From Camelus ferus (lineage: Eukaryota): a stretch of 64,000 nt of DNA. How positions within the stretch are numbered: position 1 is the stretch's first letter; each line of letters opens with the position of its first letter. The stretch spans positions 52,330,001 through 52,394,000 of the forward strand of contig NC_045707.1 of assembly GCF_009834535.1 (NCBI RefSeq), written 5' to 3'. Below, in pieces: positions 39,510-51,694 of this stretch. The notes beneath the pieces are model-generated. The model was given only the letters and a program-made list of their open reading frames with translations. It made no database searches and was not told where the DNA came from. The translations under genes and the position numbers were made by a program.

Positions 39510-39995
39510 CCCTTTCTGGGAATCTGTATTTACTGGTGAGGAACTCTGTCAACTCCTTTGCTCCATTTCCTTCCTTCCTAACACCTGGAAATAATTCAAT
39601 TCTGGTAAAAGCTATAATTCTATCTCCTTAAGCATCCAAAATTTCCTCTCTTTCCTGTCAGACTCACCTGATATCCTTGTTCTTTATTTCACTGAGAAAA
39701 TAGGAGAAATCAGATGAGAACTTTTAGATTACCACTCTCCCACCTCAACCCCAACCACCAGATCTACCAACCTACCTACATACTCAACCACATATCTGTC
39801 TTTCCTCCTGTTAAGGTGAAGGGATCATGTATGCCCGAGACCTGCTACTTAATGGTCTGGGTTTCATCCCCTTATACACACTTCTGGACATTTATTTTGT
39901 AATTGGCTTTGCTCTTTCCAAGGTTGTTGGTGATTTTTTTCCATTTCCACTGTAATATTCACAAAAGAATGTAAATATTATGTAATGTCTCCAGC

Positions 39996-40063
<68 letters not shown>

Positions 40064-40905
40064 CTCTCTCTCAGCTCTCTCTCACAAGGTGGTCTGTATT
40101 CCTTATCTTCTATCATCACTTTCCATCATCTTCTCATACTCTTTTTAAAACTCCCTGAAAATCAGCTTTTGTTCCTGTTACTCCAGTGAAAGCTCTTTTG
40201 TCAAAGCATCTAGTGGTCTCCAGGTCTACTTTTCCAATCTTTGATAAACTCTTCAGCTTTTGATACATTTGATCGCTACCTCCTTGTTTTCTTTACTCAG
40301 CATCAAAGATGTCATTTTCTTCCTCTCTCAATGAATACTAATTTTTAGTCTCCTTTTTCTGATTCTTCCTCATTTTCCCAACCTCTGAATAATGGAATGG
40401 CCCAGTGCTAAGTCTTCAGCTAGAACTAGGACCTACGCACTATGTCTAGAATTCAGGTCCTTCACGTCACTTCCATTTCTCTAATCTTACTCCAAGCCGT
40501 GGTCACTTTTCACCTGATCAACTACTTTTGCCCTTACTCTTCTCACTACATTCACTATGGCCTTCTAGTTCAGCATGTGCCTACATCAAGGCAATTAGCT
40601 CTCTGTACCTAAAATATTTTTACCTTGATGCTTGGGTATTACTTCTTTCACATCTCTGATCAAAAGTCACCATGGCAGAGAGATCTTGATGTAACATACT
40701 ACCTAAAATTACCATTCTCTCCCCTTATCCTGCTTTATTTTCTTTCTAGCCCTTGTCATGACTTGATGTAGTTATTCATTTATTTCCCACCTGTACTCAC
40801 GAGATTGCAAAGCACCACAGGAGCAGTCTTGCTTTTGTTTTCTGATATATCCCTAGAGATTTAAATTCTGCCTAGAACAGAGTTGCTACTGAAAATTTCT
40901 GATTA
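39510..40905 (+). mobile_element. L2 remnant containing a microsatellite
   Basis: tttcactgagaaaataggagaaatcaga..., ctccagtgaaagctcttttgtcaaag..., ccttatcctgctttattttctttctagc. Confidence 0.8.
39996..40084. repeat. Compound (CA/CG)n-(CT)n microsatellite
   Basis: Alternating pyrimidine-purine run at 39996-40060, then a CT tract. Confidence 0.95.
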
Positions 40906-41373
40906 AATTATCCCCTAAGTCTCACAAAATTTGATTCAGGAGTGAGGAAGATGATTTGGTACTCCAAAAGAGGTGGGAAAAAAATCCTGGAGAATAAAAC
41001 TGAAAATGAAACAGCTTTTGCATGTAGTTGAATTTACTGTGTTGAGATTCTAATTAATTATTAAAAAATCCACAGTCCTCAGAAATTATGTTGGATTTAC
41101 CTATTTTTCTTTTGCTAAACTGAATTTTTCTTTAACTACAACAAGGATGGCAGTTGGGACCTTCCTAGTTTTGAAAATACATTCTTGATGGGGAAGTGTT
41201 TTAGGCACAACATGTAACATCTTCAATATCTATTTCTCTAACTTCTCATCCTTTCCCCCACCCACACAGACATAACCTCACCCCTCTGACATATACACAC
41301 ACACATAGTTGTTTTAAATGTTCTGAATCACTTGATGACAAGGTTCATGCACTCATATTAAATCTCCTGAATC

Positions 41374-41470
41374 CTTCTTCAGTGCTTCCATTAAAAAAAA
41401 TAATAAATGAATAAACAAATAAATAAACCTAATTACCTCTCCCCCCCCAAAAAAACCCCAAACAAATAAA
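41374..41470 (+). mobile_element. 5'-truncated camelid Vic-1-type SINE
   Basis: cagtgcttccattaaaa...aaataaacctaattacctctcccc; same body as the minus-strand copy at 58500-58610; 15-bp TSD. Confidence 0.85.
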
Positions 41471-43309
41471 TAAATCTCCTGCATCTTTACTTTAACCAGA
41501 CAGGCATTGCTTCCTTTGTATTAAAAGAAAGTGTCAGTTGCATAACTTCATATGTGTTAAAACAACTCAAATTAATTTCAGACCTTGCATTTAAAAATTA
41601 AAAGTGGAATGAGCAGACTCAGTATAAATATTAAAAATTAAATCCATTCTTGTAGGCCCAAACAGGATGATGGCTAATATGTAGAGAGGGCAGAGGAAGT
41701 TCAAAAAGGGATCTAAAAAAGATATCTATGCTCTGACTGGAGCCCAGGGCATGTTTTGTTTTTGGATAGAAGTTTGACTACCAGACAGTGATCATTTCCC
41801 TACCATCAATCAAAAAAATGAATGTATACTTTGTATCTTGAATCTGTTCCGAAGTTCACACTTAGGATTTCAAAGCCATCATATGCTCAGGAATCATCCT
41901 TTAAGGCTAAGGAGAGACAAATAAATAGAAATGAGATGCAGAAGTGGTGGGAATAAATTATCTGGACCAGAGAAATTTTGACTACCTTCCTTGGTTTCTT
42001 TTAAAAAATAGAATACAGGCAGGAATGTAGATTTTTTAAAATGACAAAACCCATTACAGGACAGAGAAATTTGAAAAACAGAAAAAAGAAATGTAAATTT
42101 AACACCATGACATATATATACTGTTATTGTTTTAGGAAATTAATTCCAAATTGTCTTTATTTCCCATGCATTTTAAAAACATGTATAAGTTTGTTTGTTT
42201 GTTTGTTTTGTGCTAATGTTAGAATGATATATCAAAATACTTTTCTGTGGATCACCTCTGACTACTCATTTAGGACCTCTGGTCTCCTCAAATCCCTTCC
42301 TATCCTGTTCTGTTTTCCTCAGGAAACGTATGTATGAAGTAGTTTTCTTGCTGCCATTGGGCTTCTGTCATTTTCTCCCTTCCCAGTACTGGCTGATAAT
42401 TTTGATACTTTCTGAATCTGCCTCTGCCACTGTTGTTTTGATTCCCGTGGCTTCTGAAGCCTGCCTTAGGCACTAATAAAGCTGAGATCCTGCTGTGATG
42501 TCCTCTAAATACACCTCTCCTAGGAACAATTCCCTCTCACAGCTCAGAGAGTGCCTATTTCATATCCCAGTGAGCACTAATAGTAATTCTAGGTCGAGAC
42601 GTGATGTTCTGGTCATCACCACCACAGCCACACTCTTCTAAATGTTAACGTATCCTGTGCACCCAGTGCCTCATTAGAAGATTTCATAAATGTTCCTGCT
42701 TTATGGTAGTATCTTTCCATTTGGACTCAGGCACAGGTTTCTTCAGGACAAAATAGTTCATATATCAAGTGACTTAGCCTCTCGTGTAAAAGAATTCTTA
42801 ATAGGTCCAAGATGGCAGTTCTTCTGTCGTGCATCAGATTTCAGTTTTTTAACATGTATATGGAATAGATTTCAAATCTAGGTTCTTGCTGAATATAGTT
42901 ATGATCATAGTATATTATCCTGATTGTTTTTACTTAGCATTACATAATTAGTATCTTTCATAGGTGTGTATTTTAATGTAATGTTCATAATTTTTATAGT
43001 TCAGTTTATGTACTTGAGAGAATTCAGGACAACTTATTTTATACAGTAGGAAATAGATTATGCTTTACTTCTGTAAGAAAAATATCAGCTTATATATAAT
43101 TTGTAGAAAAGAAATACTGTGGTATTAAATAAGCATAATATGATCATGTAGAAATATTTTCAAGATAAGCAATACAAAATATTGTTGTTCTTATAGAGAT
43201 GAGAGAACACTTCCACTCTTTTACCTCCATCTCTGCCTATCCATGCCCTGGAAAATTCCTGGGAGAGAAGATGTTAATTTTATGATCAGGACGTAAAACA
43301 TTTTAATTA

Positions 43310-43440
43310 CTCCTCATTAGGATGAAAGCTCCTCACTAGGGCAGGGATTCTGTAGGTTGTATTTACTGATGTGTGTCTAAACCCTAGAACAATGCCTGGT
43401 ATCTAATAGGTACTTATAAATGTGTGTTGAATGGATGAAA
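43310..43440 (+). mobile_element. L2 3' end
   Basis: ctagaacaatgcctggtatctaataggtacttataaatgtgtgttgaatggatgaa. Confidence 0.8.
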
Positions 43441-45349
43441 AGGCACTAAAAATGGTGACTATGGTATGTTTTTAAGTGGTGGTTTTCATCTATCAGACTG
43501 CCTACTCTTTGAAGGTAGAAACTACTTCTTAATTGAATTTTATAAACATGTAGATGTACTGGAAAATGTTTAACGTTTTGGAATGATTGGATGTCAAAAA
43601 AATATTAATGAAGAGCCCCACAAGCTACATGAAAAGGGCAAATATCTTGGCATTTTGAATAGAATTAATTTAAGTAAACAAGCTATCAAACATTTAAAGG
43701 AAGTCAAATAGGTTTTGACCTTTTCAATTTCACCCATCCTTTAACACAAAGGCATTATTAGACTTAAATTACAATGCTTGTGTAAATGAATTTCAGTTGA
43801 ACTAGTTAACTTTGGGAGAAAACAAAATGTATCCCGTGTCAGTTGATGTAATTATGTAGTAGAAAATCAGAATTTGTCACAAAATTTGATCAAGAAAAGA
43901 CAGGAAAACACAGTAAACCGCCCTTTTATGTGTTTATTTGGGAACACTTCAAAAGAAAAAATTCTGAGCAACACAAAAAGAATTTCACCTTTGCCATCTA
44001 CAGGATGAAGCAAAGGATTTTGAAGAATTTCTCTCCCCAGATTTATAGCAAAGATGTCTCTGGAAATTTGACCTTTAGCAGATGACTATCTACTTCAAAC
44101 ACTCTTCTTTCCTTACTTTCTTCCTAATTTATGTGCCAAATGGGAAAAGTAATTTCCATTACATTTTGAACAGGTCATCCCCTCCCTTACTGCATTTTCT
44201 CAGGGTCAACACAATCATGAGCAGTAATGGGTGTCTACTGTGGGTGAAGAGTTCGAAGAGCCTTTCAGATAGAAATAAACCCCTATCTGAAAATGCATGC
44301 CTGCAGTTCCCGTATCATTCATGGCCCTGGTAATCAGATATAATGTGCTAGAAATCTACAGAGATTGTAAATCAGACTTTTCCCACTAATAGAAACTTCT
44401 AAAACATCCTCTTTAAGCAAATTATTTGCTTAATAAGAGACAGAGATGATATTTTCCACACAGTTGAAAAGAGAATTTTTCTGGCTCCAAGCAATTTTTA
44501 AGCTAAAAGATGTAATTTATCTTTAAGCAAGTTCCATTAAAAATATTTTGATTTTTTTGTGTCTGTGTGAATTCTCATAGACTTGGATTATATGCAAAAC
44601 TCCTGCTTGGTTATCATAGGTGTACCTAACAGGTGGGTTGCATTTCCCTTTCTGCCTATCTAATCACCTATGTAACATTTAGAAGGGAACTGGGTTATTG
44701 TGAAGCAAAGTTTTAACTAACCAAAGAAGAATCTAATTCTGGAAATCATATGTATACTCAAATCAATATAATCTAAATGTTAATAAGTAATGCCTTTATG
44801 TTATTAAATGAAAAACCTCAGAATCCAAATATTTGCCTTCTGAACATGTGATAAGTGATTGAAAGGGTATTTTTATATTTCTTATTTAAAATTCTGTTAG
44901 ATTTATTCAACTCACATAAACTGTAGAATTTCTCGTTTTCATCTTAGTAACACAATAACAGTACTTTTTTGCATTTGTGTGGGAATTTTTAGTTGACAGT
45001 GAGTACGCACATCAGTTATATGATTTAATCCCAAACAAAAACCTTCTAACAAAGACAAATGTGAGAAGTTAGGAAGTTAAAGTTTAAAAGGGTTAAATTA
45101 AATGACTTGCTAAAGTTTGCCAGTTTGAACAAGACAAACCCACTTCTCTGATTAGTTCTCTTTGTGGAAAATTTTTAAAGTTAAGAATTCTGCATGTTTA
45201 TTTAACAAGTCAGTATTAGGTGAGTATCCATTCTTTTTTTGATGCTTGGCTAAGACAGAATTCACAAATAGGTTCAAGAAGTTTCTTCTCAAATAAATTA
45301 ACGCGAGAAATATCACCAAGTGCCTAAAGTGTGGTCAGATTTGGAAGGA

Positions 45350-45570
45350 AGGCAGTGAGGCAGAGTATTTGAGTGCGCAGGATCTGAGTCTAGTGCGTCT
45401 TGGACTGAACCCTGACTAAGCTACTAATAGTATGTTCTTGGACTGTTTATTCTCTCCGCTCCTCAGTTTTTTTTCATTACAAATATGGGAAAAATTATAC
45501 CTTCAGGGGGCTATGGTGTGAATGAGTGAAATAAAACATGAACAAAGTTTAGATGAGTGCCTACCTATTT
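45350..45570 (+). mobile_element. MIR
   Basis: cctcagttttttttcattacaaatatggga...ggctatggtgtgaatgagtgaaataa. Confidence 0.65.
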
Positions 45571-47256
45571 GATATTTTAATCTAGTGGGGAAAAATAGGC
45601 CAAATAAAGAGTAATCCCCTGCCTGTCTGGTATTCAGTGAATATGTGTGTGCACACTTATGTGCATCAAGGAGGAAAGCAAAATAAATGATTGGCAGCTG
45701 GATAAGAGGAGATAGTGTGTTTCAAAGTGAGAAGGCGAGGATTTGAGGGGGTTTTTTTTGGTTTTTATTTTTATTTTTTTGAATGTCATCATTCACCGAT
45801 ACAGAACACCCTTGACTGACCCCTGTGGAATGTTCTTTGATGTTACATAGAGAAACATTCCCTGATGCCACACAGCAATCAACATGTGGACTTACCTATT
45901 ATGGTAAATGATAGATAAGGATCTAATAAACTCTGGACAAACAGCTCTAATCAGCCAGCCATGGAGTAGGGACTCTGAAATGACCGAGGAATCCAGGTTA
46001 CTCTATTTTAGATTTTTAGATCTAGATTTACTCTGTTCTATCATAGGTGGTACAATCTTCAGAATTTTGCACAGCTAATGCCTTTGATGCCCAATATGAA
46101 TTAAATATGCTTTAGAAAAGAAAGTGATATGTTACAGGAAACAGTTTTCTCCATGAGCTGCTTATATGCAAGTCTGTTTTCAAAGAGCTGAATTTCTATG
46201 ATGAAGTTTCAGTGCTTACCCCATAAGCAACTAGGAATCTGGAAGCAAGCCAGGTGGTTAGTACTCAACACATTTAAAGCAAAAGCAATATTGTAGGCTG
46301 GCAGACACTTTGATGTTAATGGCACATTAGATTACTCCTCAGACTTTTATTACCAGGACTCCAAAGGTGCAGCCTTTGATAGGTGACAATCTTGCTGTGT
46401 TTCAAGGGGTGGAACTTCTAATCTCCCTCCGAGTTGTTAGGTTTCACAGTTGTATCACCACGGCCTTGAAGTTTTTTTGCTCAATTCCAGGACAATTTGT
46501 TTCCACTATGACTAGAGCGAAGGGTAAATTAAGTATTCTTGATAATGGCAAGGCAGAACTACAATTTCATTTACTTTATAGTTTGTCCTTTTTGTTGTGA
46601 TTAGGAATTCTCTCTCTAAGCATGTATGGTATGAGTATCTAACAATATTCATAAATTTGGTTTAAATAACAAGAAAAAAACTTATTTTTTTCTTTTGGAA
46701 CTTTATATAATCTTTTATAACAAATTTTCTCTGTGAAATAAAATTTTAGTAAGTATGTGTATAAATTCTGTAACTAGCATTTATTACTATCATTTAAAGG
46801 CAACTCGGCTATGTTTTTGATTCTATTATGGCTTTAACAGTTTGTGATTTATTTTCTAATATATGCAGGTTTATCAGACATATTTTATAATTGATGAAGC
46901 ACTCTTATCTGAGCCTGGACATGTTAATATCACTTGATACTTAATAATAATTATTTGCTGTATTCAAATAATTATTATCAAGTATTCAAACTAATGTATG
47001 TCATCTTTGTAGCAAAAGCAGTAACAGTAAAAAGGCATGAAAGTTGACTAATACGGAAATTTCTTGTTTAGCACATACAATTCACTTTGAAAAATCATCT
47101 AGTTTAGTTTTCATAAAAATATATGTACATTTATGAATTACATTGTATACATATGAAATATGTTTATATATTTATATATGAATTCTAAAGAACATCTGAA
47201 AATAATAAATTTAAGTAGAATTATTTTAAATAGAAAGTGACATAACCTCATCTTAC

Positions 47257-47654
47257 TGTTGGAAAAGGTAATCAAGAGGACATGTCTGCTGGTTGACCCA
47301 TGAGCTGGACCAGATAATCAGAGCTCTTCATCCCCTCCTCTGTCTTTGGAGTATGTTTGCTTGTACTCCCTGTACTGGAAGCTGCCCAAGGACACAGCTT
47401 TGAGAGCATAATGTAGTTTTGATGCCACCCAGATGGTATACATGACTGAAGCCAGTTAGTTAGGGCCTCTGTATAAAAGTCTAACATTCTGGTGAGTGGG
47501 TGTAGAGATCTACTCATCTTTTGGCTGCCCAAGACAAGCCTTGCAAGTAAATTTTCTTGCTTATTAAAACTTCTACCTATCAGTCTAGAGTTATCCACCT
47601 CTTTCTTCGGTCTCTCCCTGCCCTCTGTGTGTGGGGCCAATTTTTAAACCAACA
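47257..47654 (+). mobile_element. 5' LTR of the same ERVL-like provirus
   Basis: 398 bp, TGTTGG...CCAACA; TATAAAA at 47472-47478; ATTAAA at 47563-47568; followed by a PBS; ~80% identical by eye over the first ~100 bp to the reverse complement of 33255-33649. Confidence 0.92.
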
Positions 47655-47656
47655 AT

Positions 47657-47674
47657 TGGAGGGCCATCCTGGAG
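47657..47674 (+). other. Degenerate primer-binding site, tRNA-Arg(ACG)-like
   Basis: tggagggccatcctggag versus TGGCGAGCCAGCCAGGAG (14/18), 2 nt after the LTR end. Confidence 0.65.
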
Positions 47675-49215
47675 AGCAAAGTAATGAGTCTTGGGAAAGA
47701 GGCATCCATGGGGAAAATTCTGAGCTGGCCATTGAGCTCTTTGTTGTGAGGAGGGTGGCCCATATGTTAGATGTTTGTGGGCAGCTGCATGGGTACAGGG
47801 ATGCCCCCAAAACTCTGGCTGCTTTGATACGCTTTTTTGAGTAACTGCACGTTTGCACTGTGGCAAAAAAGGAAAACAAATGACTCCTGCAGGGGTCTGG
47901 CCGCTACTGTGGACAGTTTGGCCAGCCAATGCCCAGTTTAAGGCTGAAGCTTGAGTTGGAAAGTTGGAAGAAGAGCTGAAGTTATAGGGAGACATGTGGT
48001 TTCCCACCACTCTGTTAGCTTCGCGGCTAGCAGGCAAGATGGGAGAACAGAATAATAAGTTAGAGACCTGGAAGTTTACAGACTGCTGCAAATTAACGTT
48101 CAAGTGCTTATGACCAAACCTGCTTAGGACATTAAGAGGTAGACTCTGGGGGAGTGAGGAGAGCAAAAGGGAAGAGACTGCGAGATTGATAATGAAATAA
48201 ACAGAGTGTCCCATTCCATCCAACCCTTAATACAAAGGAAAAATTTAAATAGTGATTATCCTAGATTTCTGATAATAGAAAAATATACCCCAAAACTCCT
48301 ATGAGAAAACTTGCATTCTTTCTCTGTCCCTTGAAGTTGTAAATCTTATCACATCTATAAATTGTAAACACTACCTACCATTGCTTGAGAAAAAAAAAAA
48401 AAAAAAGGAGAGGAGAGGTTTTTTAAAATACAGACTGCTCTAAAAGCTCTCTTGTCCAAAATCTAGTTTGCAGTGACAAAGGGCTAAAGTTTTAAAATAA
48501 AAGCCATGGGGTTTCTGTTTGTGTCTGTCTCTCTGTTTGTATATGTCTATGGATATATGTTATGGACATTCAATGTTTTTCTACTTTCAGAGGGTTTTGC
48601 CAAAATTAATTTATAAAAGAGCTCTACTTCATTGACTTAAAGAGCAATAAGCTTTACTGTCAGTACTGTATTTATGTAAAACTGAACTGAACGTTCTTTC
48701 ATATGCTAAAAAGGTGAGGTTTTCTTGGGTTGTTGGTTTGTTCTTGATAGGAATATAAAAGGTTTTTCTTTACTTAACAAGTAATCTGTCTAGAAAACAA
48801 AGATTCCGTGTTTTATCAAAATAATTTCCTGTGCTTCATTTTTTCTTTATCAGATCTTTGACTACTTAAGAAAACCAAGCCATCTCTAGTAGAAGTGCTA
48901 TGGTTGGTTTGTTTGTTTTTTGCAGCTGTATAACTCCCTACTTTTGCCTTTGAAATCTTCAGTTGTCTCTTTGATTAAATGGATAACTAAATATTGTTTC
49001 ATAGTAAATTATGATACTATTTAATCAAGTATTGTAAAACCTTTTAATATTTTTAACAAAATTCCCCCAAATCAAATTCTGAACCTTAAACTAACTCTAG
49101 AATTTTCCAGAGGGCCCCTGAAACATCTCAAAAAATGTGTTCTCTCTCCTTTAAAAAGAAAAATATCAAACTAAGTAGGCTTGTTTAATATGTTAAATTT
49201 CATGGTGAATATGGT
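47675..49215 (+). mobile_element. ERV internal region, 5' half: leader/gag-like part to ~48235, then an AT-rich MER4-int-like segment
   Basis: Contiguous with LTR and PBS; motifs ttttatcaaaataatttcctgtgcttca and ttttccagagggcccctgaaacatctcaaaa. Confidence 0.8.
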
Positions 49216-50521
49216 ATTATCCATTACTTCTATTCACTGTGAGATTTAAGACTATTCTATGAAGTGGAAAAAAAAAAGGTATTTACATTTTTGACTTACC
49301 GTATGGTCCTGCCATGACTTTACCACTACAGAGTCCTTTTTCCCCCCGTCTGTGAACCCATCAGTCTACTGCAGCAATCTCAGGGAGGGTGGCCTTGAAT
49401 AGGAAGAGCAGCAGCAGCTCTTGGGAAGCAGCATTAGGTCTCAGGCTCACTTTTGGAAAGAACCTGACAACTGCGTGTTTCTGCCCCCAATTGATGTGTC
49501 AGTTTGGATCACTGATGCCAAAAACCAGAAAGGCAAAGTTATCAGAAAATCTCGAGTAAATTAGAAGGATATCCTCCAGCCACAAATTCTCTTATCCTTC
49601 AGCACACAAAGCTAATGTTCCAGGAGTTTAGCTATTGAGCTGGTAAAGGAGATTGTCACACCCTGAAGTCCATGGGGAACCATGTCAAGCTGAATCCACA
49701 GAACACACTAGTTTATACTTACTTTTAAAGACACAGTGCATGGAAGGAACTTACTGCAATTTATAAAAGTAATAATCTCACTATGCTAATATTTGTCTAT
49801 CTTTGCCTTTCTTTTTTGGTAACTGAAGATTTCATGTAATTATCTGCAATGTGAGTTGATATTAAAATATCAAATGGTAATTAGGTGAGGAAAGTAAAAT
49901 TCAATAAACAAATACAATTATTAAAATTTCTGCTGTCCCCATTTTTAAAAAAATCTTTGGTTCTGGTTTAATAATGTCATAGTAACTTTTTCTCTTACAT
50001 AAGAGAATGGCTATACTTACATTTCAATGATTCTGCTTTGTTCAAAGAAATACATGCCCTGCATTCAAAAACTGTGATAACAAAAGAATTATTTTATAAG
50101 AAATTTAATATAATACTCCCTATCCTTGGGTGGAGTAGAGTTATTTCTTGGGTAATTTGATGAAATGGTATTTCATTAGAGGAAAACCTATACTTATTAG
50201 AAAACGATGGTTTCGTGGATATGCAAATGAGATAGCTATTAGTCCTTTTACTTCCTCACCTCCATACTAGCCATAAAGAAATTAGAATGCTACGGCTACA
50301 ATCTTTGAATTTGTAAAGTCAGTTAGCATCTTTCTTTAATGGGAATGTTAGGAGGTAGCATAAGATTTTTTCCTCTTTGGGGAAGACCAAAGCTCTGAAA
50401 AGGTATCTGGACTATTAACCCATAAACCAGACAACAGCTCAAAAATTCAAGGAATAAATATGGAGTTGAGGATAATCTCTGAAATAATTCTACCTTGGTA
50501 ACCTAACAAAATGACTGAGAT

Positions 50522-51022
50522 TGTTACTGAGTCCAAACTCATTCTGCTTGCTGCACAACAGGCCAATAAATCGGGAGACAAAGGTGTTGGGGCAAGGAAT
50601 AATGACTTTATTGGGAAAGCTGGCCAACCAAGAAGATGGCAGACTAAAGTCCTTGAGAATCGTCTTCCCCACATCAGAATTCAGGCTCCTTTTATACTAA
50701 AAAGGAGAGGTGGCATGGTTGTTGCAAACTTCTTGATGTTGGAATCCTTTGTTCTTACAGCTGTCCACATGGGTCAGGTCATGGTGTCCCTGTAAACCAC
50801 CAAATGTTATTTTCTATTCTGCAACTTTTTATCTTTATATAAATGGAAAAGTGTTAATACCCTTGAGGTCAGAGCCTTGAGAATAGGCTATATTTCAAGC
50901 TATAGACAACATTCTTTTATAAAAGGTGCAGAACCAGCATGACTAAGCCCAGGAAACAGAGCAGAGGGTTAGAGCCAAAGGAACAGATCAATATGGAGTC
51001 AGATTTGTTATTTTCTGTTACA
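50522..51022 (-). mobile_element. Solo ERV1-type LTR (cetartiodactyl MER41-like)
   Basis: 501 bp, TG..CA ends, perfect 4-bp TSD AGAT (50518-50521 and 51023-51026), minus-strand TATAAAA (50690-50696) and AATAAA (50607-50612). Confidence 0.92.
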
Positions 51023-51275
51023 AGATCACAGCAACAGGATTCACTTCAACAGGTAAAAAAATTAAGTCAGGTAAGAAGAGAAGAAACTCTTGTCTAGGTC
51101 TGCTCCTCTGGAGGGAGGATATGAATAGCAAAAGAAACTAGTAGAAGGAGTTGGAAAGATGTTGAAGAGACAAGCAGTTGAAGATCAAGTTAAGATAAAA
51201 ATTAGCTACAAAACATTTTTTCTTACAAAGACAGTGGAAGCAAAGAGGCATATTGCCACATGTTATTCCCAGTCC

Positions 51276-51688
51276 TGTTGCTGAAACTTGGCTTCCATAC
51301 CCCACTTACCACATTGAGACTCAAGGACAGAGTTTTGGATGAAGTAGAAAAGGCAGCTTTATTTCTTCGCCAGTCAAAGGAGGTCACAGTGGGCTAATGC
51401 CTCCAAGACTGTGAGCCTGCCGGGGAGAGAAGGTAGAGGGCTTCATAGTAAGGGTTCAAGAGGTGGCACTGGTTTCCATAGAGATCACATGCAGGGTAAC
51501 AATTTGTTGTTGTTGTCCTTATTTTTGCAGTTGCAGTGATCCCTTTTCTTCTGCTGGGTGTGATGTTCACCTCCAACTTTGGAACTCTTCTAATATTCTT
51601 GTGCCTAGAACAAAGAGTGGTTAGGAAAGGGGTCTGTGGAAAAGTGCTCTAGAGAAAAACTTGGGCAGTTTAAAGTCAGGTTGATACA
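51276..51688 (-). mobile_element. ERV1-type LTR of a second family
   Basis: tgttgctgaaacttggcttcc...gacagagttttggatgaagtagaaaaggcagctttatt (reverse AATAAA); right boundary uncertain. Confidence 0.65.
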
Positions 51689-51694
51689 TGCTTC

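Noticed and set aside
47591..48223. Longest ORF (210 aa, minus strand)
   Set aside because: Antisense to the ERV leader/gag-like region, with no recognisable domain; a chance ORF in repeat DNA.
50940..50965. STAT1 GAS motif in the MER41-like LTR
   Set aside because: The minus strand reads TTCCTGGGC, which does not match TTCNNNGAA.
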